Below the pieces are notes generated by a model, which saw only the letters and a program-made list of their open reading frames with translations, had not been told where the DNA came from and did not search any database. Shown piece by piece: positions 53,729 to 62,951 of a stretch of DNA of 64,000 nt. The DNA comes from a virus (Duplodnaviria > Caudoviricetes). The position numbers and the translations under genes were made by a program. Where the stretch lies: positions 21,299-85,298 of the IMG/VR virus record IMGVR_UViG_2687453531_000003. The stretch is one strand, 5' to 3'. Numbering within the stretch: the first letter of the stretch is position 1; every line of letters starts with the position of its first letter.

Positions 53729-54457
53729 CTAGTCCGACGAGTCTGCTTGGGCGCCGCTTAAGTAATCTTCAATGGAGGCTTTGTCTGTTAAGATTTTGGA
53801 GTATTCATTGTTGTGCTTTATTTTTTCGCTAAGTTGGTTTAGCTCGTCTGCAATACCCTTGGTGAGAATTTCTAGATCAGGGAGTAAGACCAAGGTTGAT
53901 TGGTTGTTCTGTAAGGTTGTGTAAAGCTCTTTGTTGTTTTTGTCTCCTGAGTAGAATTTGTTGATAAATCTATCATCAATTATTGTGATTCCTTCTAGAC
54001 CTGAATGGTGAGGCTCAAATGGTAGGGTGGCGGGATCACAATAGGCAGGGTGGTGAGTGAGGAGAAATGCTTTTGGGTGTTTGAGGAAGTTTGCCCACCG
54101 TTTTATGGTTATTGTATTTTTGAAGTCCTTGTTTTTAATATCTTGGGGGTAGGATATTAATTTCAATACTTCATGTATATTTTCGGATAGCAAATACAGC
54201 CATAATATATAGGTTTTTTCTGCAAAAGCTTCGTCTGCTGGGTAAGATAGACTTTTGGTGCTTTTTGATAGTAAGTCTGCAGCGTCTTTGAGGTTTATAA
54301 CGTTGCCGGCGAGGTTGCAGGCAATGCAGTTGTGACTATCCTTGTCTGGGGATATATCATGCAGGCTGCATATGCTGGGGTACTCGCTTGTGAATAATTC
54401 TTTTTCTATTATTTTTAATATGTTCTCAAATTTTCTGTTTGTTAGGGATTCTTTCAT
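53729..54457 (-). CDS. AT-rich moron, HEPN-like hypothetical protein
   Basis: 242 aa, markedly AT-rich, RWANFLKH (R-X6-H) and an N-terminal Cys/His cluster. Confidence 0.7.
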   Translation of the reverse strand: MKESLTNRKFENILKIIEKELFTSEYPSICSLHDISPDKDSHNCIACNLAGNVINLKDAADLLSKSTKSLSYPADEAFAEKTYILWLYLLSENIHEVLKLISYPQDIKNKDFKNTITIKRWANFLKHPKAFLLTHHPAYCDPATLPFEPHHSGLEGITIIDDRFINKFYSGDKNNKELYTTLQNNQSTLVLLPDLEILTKGIADELNQLSEKIKHNNEYSKILTDKASIEDYLSGAQADSSD

Positions 54458-54490
54458 TTCGTTGTCTCGATATTAGACAGCCCGTCGAGG

Positions 54491-54961
54491 CTAAATGGGA
54501 GAGTTTGCGTCTATGTGCGCCAAAATTCCATTCTGGATCGTTTCCATATCGCTGCTATCAAAGCCAAGTAGGAGACGCTGCGCGTAGCTGACTTCGGGAG
54601 CGCCAGGCTCCGCACGGTCCCTCAGCCCGTACTGGTGAACCCGCGCGATGCGTGCGATCCGACCAGCGAAGGAAACCGTGATCGCCTGGGCGTCGCCCTT
54701 GGCGCGCAGATAGCGCACCGTGCGCAGCTTCTGGAACATCTTGATCTTGCGCCGAATACGGCCCTGCTTGCCGCGCAGTTCGCGCTTCTTGCGTGGCTCG
54801 TAGGCGCTGCCGTCGGGGTTGCGCTGTGCCATCACGCGCTTCTGTTGGCTGCGCCGTAGATCGCGGGCGAGCGAACGCGCGAGGGCAGCACGAGGGCCTG
54901 GCTCGAGGGCGCGGAGAATCGGCCCTGCCCAGTCTTCCAGAGCCTGAAGGCTGTCAGCCAT
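54491..54961 (-). CDS. P2 gpS tail completion protein
   Basis: QRNPDGSAYEPRK, IARVHQYG. Confidence 0.9.
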   Translation of the reverse strand: MADSLQALEDWAGPILRALEPGPRAALARSLARDLRRSQQKRVMAQRNPDGSAYEPRKKRELRGKQGRIRRKIKMFQKLRTVRYLRAKGDAQAITVSFAGRIARIARVHQYGLRDRAEPGAPEVSYAQRLLLGFDSSDMETIQNGILAHIDANSPI

Positions 54962-55490
54962 TGGCCGGGCGCCTGATCTGCGGCGTCTCGAGCATGACGG
55001 CCTCGGTAGGCGTCGGCGGCGTCCACTCGGCCAGCAGCTCGCCGTTGGCGAGCATCTGCATCGGCCTATCGACCTCGATGGCCTCGGTGAGCTGGGGCTC
55101 TTCCGGGTGACTCACATCGTAGCGGCCATCCTCGCGACGCTTGACGACGACACGCTCGGTCAGTGGCAGGACGATACCGAGGTCGACCTTGCTGCGGTCG
55201 AGCATGTCGGCCTCGAAGGTGATGCCGTCCTGCACCTTGGTGAGGTTGGCCAGCAGATCCGACTGGTTCACCAGCAGCCAGCCGAGCAGCGGCAGAAACA
55301 CGCTGTCGGGGTGCCCGGCGAAGTCGGTGAGGATCACCTGCAGGTCATAGGCGTATTCGAAGGACAGGCTCTCGGCCGAGGTGCTGCGGACCCGGCCGTT
55401 GTCGATGAATATCACCAGGCGGTCGCCGTTGTTCCTGAGTTCCGGCACGGCGGCGAGCAGATGCGCCTTCAGGCTATCGGGCTTGTTCAT
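54954..55490 (-). CDS. P2 gpR tail completion protein
   Basis: MNKPDSLK, SLSFEYAY, LTERVVV. Confidence 0.9.
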   Translation of the reverse strand: MNKPDSLKAHLLAAVPELRNNGDRLVIFIDNGRVRSTSAESLSFEYAYDLQVILTDFAGHPDSVFLPLLGWLLVNQSDLLANLTKVQDGITFEADMLDRSKVDLGIVLPLTERVVVKRREDGRYDVSHPEEPQLTEAIEVDRPMQMLANGELLAEWTPPTPTEAVMLETPQIRRPANG

Positions 55491-55743
55491 GGGTAGCCCC
55501 TTGGGTGCGGATGATCATGTCGACCTTCGCGGCGCATTCGGCCCAGGCCAGGCCGATACGCTCGACTTCAGTCTGTAGGTCGCCGTTGTCCTTCGGTGCC
55601 GCTGACTCCAGGCTGCAGGGCGTCACGGCGGGACAGCCACTGATGGTAAGCGGCCGCTCCGGTGATAGCGGGGCGCTGTTGCAGCCGGCGAGCAACATCA
55701 GGCAGAGGCTGATCAGCCCACTGGCGATAGGGTTCATCGTCAC
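55474..55743 (-). CDS. LysC/Rz1-like o-spanin
   Basis: Lipobox LAGC, GCPAVTPC, CAAKVD. Confidence 0.85.
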   Translation of the reverse strand: MTMNPIASGLISLCLMLLAGCNSAPLSPERPLTISGCPAVTPCSLESAAPKDNGDLQTEVERIGLAWAECAAKVDMIIRTQGATHEQAR

Positions 55744-56029
55744 GTTTCAGGTCCTCGATCAAGCGTTCGCGGATGGCCAGCGCCTGGCGCAGCTGCTGCC
55801 GCTGTTGGTCCAGGTCGGCCTGGGCCAGGCGCTCGCGGGAAAGGGCGGCCTCGAGGGCCGTGATGGTGCCGGCCTGGCGGGAAAGCTGGGCGTCGCTGGC
55901 TTTCCTCGCCAACTCGGCCTGGGCCAGGCGGGCCTGCGCCAGGTCGATGCGCTGCTGCTGTACCCACAGGAGCAAGCCGAGGGCACCGAGCAGGGCGGCG
56001 CTGTACAACACCTGGCGCAGAAGGCTCAC
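55568..56029 (-). CDS. LysB/Rz-like i-spanin
   Basis: N-terminal TM, coiled coil, WADQPLPD. Confidence 0.85.
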   Translation of the reverse strand: MSLLRQVLYSAALLGALGLLLWVQQQRIDLAQARLAQAELARKASDAQLSRQAGTITALEAALSRERLAQADLDQQRQQLRQALAIRERLIEDLKRDDEPYRQWADQPLPDVARRLQQRPAITGAAAYHQWLSRRDALQPGVSGTEGQRRPTD

Positions 56030-56832
56030 GTGCTGGCCTCGGCGCAGTTGGCGTGTTGCTCGTAGGCTCGCGCGAGCTTGGTGTCGTAGAGGTTCCGCTT
56101 GTAGTCGGGGCCGTTGTAGAGGCGGGCGAAGTCGGCCCATTTGCGAGCCTTCAGCGCCTTGTGTAGCGCCGGGTCGGTGTCGATGAAGCGGACGAACGCT
56201 TCGAACTGAGCCGACTCGCTACGCCCCATGGACTCGGCGAAGGCCTGCACGCTGACGTAGCCCAGGCGCTGCCAGTGGAACCCCATGATCTGGAAGGCGC
56301 CCCAACTGGCCGACTCCAGGGCGGCGGTATCGTCGATCTGGCGAGCGTTCGCCAGGCGCTGGTGCTCGGCGGTGCCGCCGGCATAGCCGCCCGGGCGAGG
56401 GTTCACCAGCGCGGGGAACTGTGCGGCCAGTTGGTCGGCGGTGACCTGATCGTGGGCGGCGAGACGGCGGTACATGATGTGGCGTTCGAACAGGATTGCC
56501 GGCTTGCCGTTGCCCAGGAACCCCTGGCCGTTCGACTCGACCTGGTTGACTGCATAGATCGTCGCCAGCGGCAGGTCGAGGCGAGCTCCGGCGGCGACGA
56601 GGTCGGCGTTCTGCAGCAGGTGCGAGCAGTCAGCGCCGCCGAGGGCGGCCAGGGTCTTCGGGCCAGCGATGCCATCGGCGACCAGTCCATGCGAACGCTG
56701 GAAGGCACGCACCGCGTCCTCGGTGGCGGCGCCGAAGTGGCCGTCCTCGTAGAGGTTGGCGCCGGCCCAGGTGTTCAGTCGACGCTGAAGCTGGAGGACC
56801 TCTTGAGAGCGGTCACCATATCGAAGGGTCAT
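56026..56832 (-). CDS. Modular endolysin (PG-binding domain plus N-acetylmuramidase)
   Basis: DGHFGAATEDAVRAFQ, ILFERH, SASWGAFQIMGF, FARLYNG. Confidence 0.92.
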   Translation of the reverse strand: MTLRYGDRSQEVLQLQRRLNTWAGANLYEDGHFGAATEDAVRAFQRSHGLVADGIAGPKTLAALGGADCSHLLQNADLVAAGARLDLPLATIYAVNQVESNGQGFLGNGKPAILFERHIMYRRLAAHDQVTADQLAAQFPALVNPRPGGYAGGTAEHQRLANARQIDDTAALESASWGAFQIMGFHWQRLGYVSVQAFAESMGRSESAQFEAFVRFIDTDPALHKALKARKWADFARLYNGPDYKRNLYDTKLARAYEQHANCAEAST

Positions 56833-57101
56833 GCGGATGGCCTCAGCAGGGCGGCGACGTTGCCGCGGGAACGGAAGATCAGCAGGCACAGCAGGGTGGC
56901 GACGATGGCGTGCCAGATGCTGACCGGTGGGCGGTAGAGCAGGATTTCCAGGCCGCAGATGGCCATGGATGCGCCGAGCAGGCTGGCGAGCAACGAGACG
57001 CTGCGGCGGAAGCGGGCGCCGCAGCGCTGGTAGCAGACCAGGCGCAGCGCGGCAGCGATGTAGGCCAGGGCGGCGATCAACGGAACGGCAGTCATGAGCA
57101 T
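56829..57101 (-). CDS. Phage holin family protein (DUF754-like)
   Basis: Three TM segments, YQRCGARFR, SRGNVA. Confidence 0.8.
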   Translation of the reverse strand: MLMTAVPLIAALAYIAAALRLVCYQRCGARFRRSVSLLASLLGASMAICGLEILLYRPPVSIWHAIVATLLCLLIFRSRGNVAALLRPSA

Positions 57102-57102
57102 G

Positions 57103-57456
57103 TCAGCGACCTCCTCGGATGCGGCGCCAGAGGTCGTCGAAGTCGACCTTGTCGACCCAGGCGACCGCCTTGAGGCTGAGGGGAATGACCACCAGGGCGC
57201 AGACGAAGGCAGAGAAAGCCAGGTTGGTCAGCCAGGGCACACGGGCGAGGGCGACATCTGCGAACAGGTAGCCGACGCAGGTCGGCAGGATCAGCGACAG
57301 CAGGCGCGACCAGGCCTTCAGGTCCTGCTTCGTGCCGGTGGCCAGCCAGGCGCCGAGCAGGGCACCGAACAGCATGCCGCCGTCAACCGGAAGGGTTACG
57401 CCCAGGCCGAGGCCCATGATGGCGCCGGCCGTGGCGGTGGTGGTGAGGTCAGCCAT
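57103..57456 (-). CDS. Putative holin
   Basis: Multi-TM, first gene of the lysis cassette. Confidence 0.75.
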   Translation of the reverse strand: MADLTTTATAGAIMGLGLGVTLPVDGGMLFGALLGAWLATGTKQDLKAWSRLLSLILPTCVGYLFADVALARVPWLTNLAFSAFVCALVVIPLSLKAVAWVDKVDFDDLWRRIRGGR

Positions 57457-57480
57457 GCGGGGTGGTTCCTTGCAAAGTGG

Positions 57481-57690
57481 TCAGTCCCATAGGTTCACCA
57501 TCTGCCGTTCCGGGGCGGCCGTCGGAATGTCCGGCATGGTGACCTTGAGGCCAGGGGGGAGGGTGGGGCCGTGGTCGGCCAGGCCGTGGTTCGCCTCGAG
57601 GACCGCCTCGGTCACGCCGGCGGTGCGACCGTAGTGCCGCCAGCACAGCGCCTCGACGGTGTCGCTCTGGTTAGCGATCACGGTGGCCAT
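57481..57690 (-). CDS. P2 gpX tail protein
   Basis: DTVEALCWRHYG...EAVLEANHGLA, ends VNLWD. Confidence 0.9.
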   Translation of the reverse strand: MATVIANQSDTVEALCWRHYGRTAGVTEAVLEANHGLADHGPTLPPGLKVTMPDIPTAAPERQMVNLWD

Positions 57691-57887
57691 TAGTTGCACT
57701 CCTGGTGCTTGAGCTGATCGGGATAAACGAACGGGCCGTCGTCCGAGACGAGCGCGCCTGGGGAGCGACCGGTTTCTACCTCGCGGCACACGGCATAGCC
57801 GAGCGGGTGCATGATTTCCCGGTTGATGCGTTCCAGAAGCCCCAAACGGGAAATTTCGTTCCAGTCGATGATCTTTGGCTCGTTCAT
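57690..57887 (-). CDS. 65-aa hypothetical protein inserted between L and X
   Basis: Start/stop overlaps on both sides; DWNEISRLGLLERINREIMHPLG. Confidence 0.7.
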   Translation of the reverse strand: MNEPKIIDWNEISRLGLLERINREIMHPLGYAVCREVETGRSPGALVSDDGPFVYPDQLKHQECN

Positions 57888-58348
57888 CAGATCAGCTCCA
57901 CCGTCGTGCGGGGACGCTTGAGAAAGTCGCGGATCGCCCAGCGCTGGTCGCGGCGGTAGTCGTCGATGGTGGTTGCGATGTCCTGGGCCTTGTCGTTGCC
58001 GCTGGTGGTGGTGTCGTACCAGCGGTAGCGCTCGGCCACTTCGGCGGCGGTGGCAGACTGCACTGCGCGCAGATACAGCTGCACCAGTTCGGAGGTATCC
58101 CGCACCTTGTCGGACGGCACCTGGGCGAGTTCGGCATAGCCGGCCGCGATCTTCTCAAGGCGCCAGGCCCGCAGCTCGCGGTTGACGCTGATCACCGCGG
58201 CAATGACCGCAACTTCGAGGCGCGCTGGATCGACGCTGGAGTCGATGCGCAGGTTCGCGCGCACATGCTCGAGCTCGATGGTGGGCCAGAAGGGATCGCT
58301 GTTGATGTGCCCGGCTGGGACCGGGCCGTTGGCGATGAATCCGCTCAT
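57887..58348 (-). CDS. P2 gpL head completion protein
   Basis: FWPTI, YLRAV, ends TVELI. Confidence 0.9.
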   Translation of the reverse strand: MSGFIANGPVPAGHINSDPFWPTIELEHVRANLRIDSSVDPARLEVAVIAAVISVNRELRAWRLEKIAAGYAELAQVPSDKVRDTSELVQLYLRAVQSATAAEVAERYRWYDTTTSGNDKAQDIATTIDDYRRDQRWAIRDFLKRPRTTVELI

Positions 58349-58451
58349 GCTGCTGCTCGCTTGAGGTCGCCGGTGGTCGGGGCGTCACTGCTCAGGAAGG
58401 AGAGGACCTGGCAGATCGGCCCCGAGCCGGCGGGGCGCGGGGTACGCTCGG

Positions 58452-59153
58452 TCAACCGCCAGAGGCGGTCAGTTTCTTCTGGAGCCGTTCGGCGGCCTCC
58501 AAATCCTTCTTCCCGCCGCACTTGTCGTGCAGTTGGATCGCGCGCTTGAGCAGATCGATGCCGGCTTGCACCTGCCCGGGTTGGCCGGGGCTCTCTACAG
58601 AAAGTCCTTCCAGAGTGGCATGGCCGGCGGCGAGGTAGAGCTTCGCGCGGGCTTCGTCGGGCATGTCGGCCTGGTCGGTGAGCAGGAGGGTGCGATGCAA
58701 GGTCGCAAGGTCGAAACTGCCGCCGGTCTTCTGTGCCTTGAGCGCGGCCTCGGCGATCTCTTCGGCGATGACGCAGCCGGCGGTACGCGCGAAGCGGTCG
58801 GGCATGACCAGGTCGTGTGCGAGCACGTAGTCGGCGATGTCCAGGGCGCCGGCGTAATCGCCGGCATCGATGCGCCAGAGCATGACGGTGGTGACCACCT
58901 CGTCCTGGGCGCCCTTGCCGGCCTGCAGCACGCCGGAAATGTACGGCTGGTAGACCGGCAGCAGCTCGACCTTGAGCGCTGCCTTGCCTTCGTCGGATTG
59001 GATGTTCTTCAGGCGGCTGCGATCCTGATACAGCTGGGCGAGCTGCAGCTCATAGGCGTTCGCGCCTTCCATGCCCTGGTGCGGGGCAGTGGCCGCCGCC
59101 TCTTGAGCGGCGGTCACGCGCAGGAAGTGCGCCTTGGCGGGACTGAAGGCCAT
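58452..59153 (-). CDS. P2 gpM terminase endonuclease subunit
   Basis: SPAKAH, MLWRIDAGDY, DMPDEARAKL. Confidence 0.9.
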   Translation of the reverse strand: MAFSPAKAHFLRVTAAQEAAATAPHQGMEGANAYELQLAQLYQDRSRLKNIQSDEGKAALKVELLPVYQPYISGVLQAGKGAQDEVVTTVMLWRIDAGDYAGALDIADYVLAHDLVMPDRFARTAGCVIAEEIAEAALKAQKTGGSFDLATLHRTLLLTDQADMPDEARAKLYLAAGHATLEGLSVESPGQPGQVQAGIDLLKRAIQLHDKCGGKKDLEAAERLQKKLTASGG

Positions 59154-59158
59154 GTCAT

Positions 59159-60175
59159 CTACTCCGCGACTTCGATGTTCTCGACCAGGCAGCCGAGGCC
59201 GTAGTCCTCGACGACGTAGGCGTCGTTGCTGGACTCGTAGTTCTCGATGCGGTTCTTCTCCGGTACCTCCTTCAGGTAGCGGCGGCGACCGCCGATCTGC
59301 CAGTAGAGCGACAGGTTCTTCAGGGTGGTGACCATGAGGCCCTTCTCGGGCACGTAGGGCACTTCCACCGGCGGCAGGCCGCCCATGCGCTTCTGCGACA
59401 GGATGAGGTCGGTGGCGATCTTCTCGGTTGCCGGCTGGTCCTTGTTCACCATCGGGAAGTACTTGTCGTGGACCAGCTCGCGGCCGAGGATCACCACCAG
59501 GCCCGGGTCACGGCGGTGCCAGGGATCGATCAGGCTGCTGACCACGTCGAACACCAGGGCGTCGAGGTTCTTGTAGTCGGCGTCGGCGCCGTTGCCGACT
59601 ACCACCTTGCCGGTGGTCTTCCCTTCCTTCAGTACCCGTGCCGGAGCGTTGTTGCGGTACTGCTGGAACCAGCCAATGTTCACGTCCTGCAGCAGCGGGT
59701 TGGCGGCGCGGTTGGTGGTAGCCGCGGCGCTGGTGCCGTTGAAGCCGATCATCAGGCGGTCGAGGGCCTGGCGCTTGAGGATCGCGTCGCGCAGCAGGGC
59801 CTGGAACTCGGGGAACTTGGCCCAGGCGTCGAGCATGGCGTAGGTGATTGCGGTGTCGAAGTCGGTGTGCTTGCACTCGTAACGCTGGTTGTCGAGCGCG
59901 GACACGTCGCGCGGCTTGCGTACACCGTCGCCAGTGGTATCGGTACGGCTGGCGATGGTGCCGCTGACGCCGATGCCGATCTTCTCGCCCTGCAGCTCGT
60001 CGACGCCGTAGACGTTGATCTGCTTCAGGAACTCGCTGGACTCCTGAATACGTTGCTCCAGCTTCTGCTGGACACTCGGCTCGACGGCGAAGGTCTGGAC
60101 GGCGGAGTTCACGCCGTTGAGCTTGGCGAGCTGCGCCAGGTAGGCGTCGAACTGTTTGCGGGTTTCGTTGCGCAT
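59159..60175 (-). CDS. P2 gpN major capsid protein
   Basis: MRNETR, ALDRLMIGFNG, NPLLQDVNIGW. Confidence 0.95.
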   Translation of the reverse strand: MRNETRKQFDAYLAQLAKLNGVNSAVQTFAVEPSVQQKLEQRIQESSEFLKQINVYGVDELQGEKIGIGVSGTIASRTDTTGDGVRKPRDVSALDNQRYECKHTDFDTAITYAMLDAWAKFPEFQALLRDAILKRQALDRLMIGFNGTSAAATTNRAANPLLQDVNIGWFQQYRNNAPARVLKEGKTTGKVVVGNGADADYKNLDALVFDVVSSLIDPWHRRDPGLVVILGRELVHDKYFPMVNKDQPATEKIATDLILSQKRMGGLPPVEVPYVPEKGLMVTTLKNLSLYWQIGGRRRYLKEVPEKNRIENYESSNDAYVVEDYGLGCLVENIEVAE

Positions 60176-60210
60176 GGTGCTTTTCCTTTGGATACCGGGG
60201 CGGGGGACGG

Positions 60211-61032
60211 TTAGCAGTCGGTCAGGGCGACACTGCCGCCACCGGTGACCGGGGGCCGCTGCTGTTGGCTGTGGTCCCGGGTGCTATCGAGGGTGCTCTT
60301 GAGGTCCGCCAGTTCCTTGGTGACCTTGTCCAACTGGCTGGCCAGTTGCTGGGTCTGCTTCTTCTGCTCGCCGAGTTGCTCACCCAGGTCGCGGCTGTGC
60401 TCGGCGATCGCTTCGACGGCCTCGCCGACCTGGCCGAACTCGGCTTGGGTGCGGGCTTCCTTGCCCTTGAGCAGTTCCTTGACCTTGGTGAACAGCGCTG
60501 CGCCGACCGAGGGCTTGTCCTCGTATTCCTCGAACTCGAGGGTGCCCTCTTCGGCAGCGCTGAACAGGGTGTCGGGATTGGTCTTGCGGCTGGCGAGGGT
60601 CCCGTTCTTGGCGCTGAAGGAGAGCGCCTCGGTACCCAGGCTGGCGGGGGAGTCGGTGATGGCCAGGCCGACCAAGTAGGCCTTGCCGGTGTCGGCGAAC
60701 TTGGGATCGATCTCGACCGAGGTGTAGACCTTCTGCCGCTGCTTGTTCAGTTCCAGCAGCGCCTGGTTGGGCTCCAGTTGGGCGAAGAGGGCCAGCTTCT
60801 TCTGCCCGTTGATGTCGATCTCTTCCGCCTTGCACGCCAGCACGTCGCCATAGGCGCCGAACTCACCAGCCGGCCAGGCCCACTTGATGTGCTCGCAGTT
60901 GATCCGCGCGCCGTAGGTGTTCGGGTCGTACTGCGCGGCCATCTGCTCGATCCAGTCGCGCTCGATGTTGCGGCCGTCCGTGGTCGCCCCTTCGACGGCG
61001 ATGCGGAACCATTTGCTGCGGAATTTCTTCAT
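60211..61032 (-). CDS. P2 gpO capsid scaffold/protease
   Basis: EGATTDGR, YLVGLAITDSPASLGTE. Confidence 0.93.
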   Translation of the reverse strand: MKKFRSKWFRIAVEGATTDGRNIERDWIEQMAAQYDPNTYGARINCEHIKWAWPAGEFGAYGDVLACKAEEIDINGQKKLALFAQLEPNQALLELNKQRQKVYTSVEIDPKFADTGKAYLVGLAITDSPASLGTEALSFSAKNGTLASRKTNPDTLFSAAEEGTLEFEEYEDKPSVGAALFTKVKELLKGKEARTQAEFGQVGEAVEAIAEHSRDLGEQLGEQKKQTQQLASQLDKVTKELADLKSTLDSTRDHSQQQRPPVTGGGSVALTDC

Positions 61033-61121
61033 GCCGGGAGTCCTCAATGCGGCTGATGCGGGGTGCATGGCAATGAGGGGCATGTTCGGGACGCGCGCGC
61101 GGCCCAGCAATCAAGCGGGAT

Positions 61122-61140
61122 TGTAGGGCGCGGAGCTACA
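61122..61140. promoter_or_regulatory. Ogr-type late activator site (divergent O/P promoters)
   Basis: TGTAGGGCGCGGAGCTACA. Confidence 0.75.
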
Positions 61141-61187
61141 AGGGGCGGCGCTACTGAGGGGCGAGGGTGGGCGGCAGCATCTGCGCC

Positions 61188-62951
61188 ATGAACGCTGCCG
61201 TCGAAATTCCCATCCGTGACAACCGCCGCCAGGCCAAATTCCTGTACTGGATGGGCTGGCGTGTCTGCGACATCGCCGACCACCTGGGCGAGAAGGACAA
61301 GACCCTTCACTCATGGAAGGACCGCGACGGATGGGACCGGGCCGACAGCGTAGAACGGATCGGGGGCGCCCTGGAAGCCCGGTTGGTTCAGTTGATCCTG
61401 AAGGACGGCAAGACCGGCGGTGACTACAAGGAAATCGACCTGCTGCATCGGCAGCTTGAGCGCCAGGCGCGGATCCAGCGCTACCAGGGCGGTGGTACGG
61501 AAACCGACCTGAACCCCGAGCTTGCCAAGCGTAACGAAGGTCCCAAGCGCAAGCCGAAGCGCAACGACATCAGTGAGGAACTGACCGAGAAACTGGTCGA
61601 GGCCTTCCTCGACGGTTGCTTCGACTACCAGAAAGACTGGTACCGCGCGGGTAATCAGCGAACCCGCGTGATTCTCAAGTCGCGGCAGATCGGCGCCACG
61701 TTCTACTTCGCCCGCGAGGCGCTGATCGACGCGCTGGAAACGGGGCGCAACCAGATATTCCTGTCGGCCAGCAAGGCCCAAGCGCACATCTTCAAGGCGT
61801 ATATCCAGGCCTTCGCGCGCGATGCGGTAGGTGTCGAACTGAAGGGCGACCCGATCATCCTGCCGAACGGCGCGGAATTGCACTTCCTCGGCACCAACGC
61901 GCGGACTGCCCAGGGCTACCACGGCAACTTCTACTTCGACGAGTTCTTCTGGACGTTCAAGTTCAAGGAGCTGAACAAGGTCGCCAGCGGTATGGCGATG
62001 CAGAAGCGCTACCGCCGGACCTACTTCTCGACGCCCAGTTCGATGGCGCATGAGGCCTACACATTCTGGACTGGCGAGCGCTTCAACAAGGGCAAGCCGG
62101 CCGCCGATCGCATCAAGATCGACGTAAGTCATGACGCCCTGCAGCAAGGGCGACTGTGCGAGGACCGCATCTGGCGCCAGATCGTCACCATCCTCGATGC
62201 CGAGGCCCGTGGCTGCGATCTGTTCGACATCGACGAGCTGCGTCTCGAGTACGACGCCGAGGCTTTCCAGAACCTGCTGATGTGCCAGTTCGTCGACGAC
62301 GGCGCGAGCATTTTCCCGTTGACCATGCTGCAGCCGTGCATGGTCGATAGCTGGGACCTGTGGTCGGAGGACTACAAGCCGTTCGCGCTGCGGCCGTTCG
62401 GTGATCGCCAGGTGTGGCTGGGCTATGACCCCGCCGAGACGGGCGACACCGCGGGTCTGGTGGTGGTGGCGCCTCCGGCGGTACCGGGCGGCAAGTTCCG
62501 CGTGCTGGAGCGCCATCAATTCCGCGGCAAGGACTTCGCCGAACAGGCCGAGTTCATCCGCAAGGTGACCCAGCGCTACTGGGTCACCTACATCGGCGTC
62601 GACACCACCGGCATGGGCTCTGGCGTCGCGCAGCTGGTGCGCCAGTTCTTCCCGGGGGTGCGCACCTTCAGCTACTCGCCCGAGGTGAAGACGCAGTTGG
62701 TCATGAAGGCCTGGTCAGTGATCAAGAACGGCCGCCTCGAATTCGACGCCGGCTGGACCGACCTGGCCCAGGCGCTGATGGCTATCCGCAAGACCATCAC
62801 GGCCGGTGGGCGCCAGTTCACCTATACCGCCGGCCGCAACGACAACACCGGCCACGCCGATCTGGCCTGGGCGCTATTCCACGCATTGCAAAACGAGCCG
62901 CTCGAGGGGCAGACCCCCGCGAATACCGGCCGCATGGAGATTTTCGGATGA
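61188..62951 (+). CDS. P2 gpP terminase ATPase subunit
   Basis: LKSRQIGAT, YFDEFFW, GYDPA, HADLAWA. Confidence 0.95.
   Translation: MNAAVEIPIRDNRRQAKFLYWMGWRVCDIADHLGEKDKTLHSWKDRDGWDRADSVERIGGALEARLVQLILKDGKTGGDYKEIDLLHRQLERQARIQRYQGGGTETDLNPELAKRNEGPKRKPKRNDISEELTEKLVEAFLDGCFDYQKDWYRAGNQRTRVILKSRQIGATFYFAREALIDALETGRNQIFLSASKAQAHIFKAYIQAFARDAVGVELKGDPIILPNGAELHFLGTNARTAQGYHGNFYFDEFFWTFKFKELNKVASGMAMQKRYRRTYFSTPSSMAHEAYTFWTGERFNKGKPAADRIKIDVSHDALQQGRLCEDRIWRQIVTILDAEARGCDLFDIDELRLEYDAEAFQNLLMCQFVDDGASIFPLTMLQPCMVDSWDLWSEDYKPFALRPFGDRQVWLGYDPAETGDTAGLVVVAPPAVPGGKFRVLERHQFRGKDFAEQAEFIRKVTQRYWVTYIGVDTTGMGSGVAQLVRQFFPGVRTFSYSPEVKTQLVMKAWSVIKNGRLEFDAGWTDLAQALMAIRKTITAGGRQFTYTAGRNDNTGHADLAWALFHALQNEPLEGQTPANTGRMEIFG

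Noticed and set aside
41632-57690. R-type pyocin cluster
   Set aside because: Head, terminase, portal, replication and integrase genes are present, so it is a prophage
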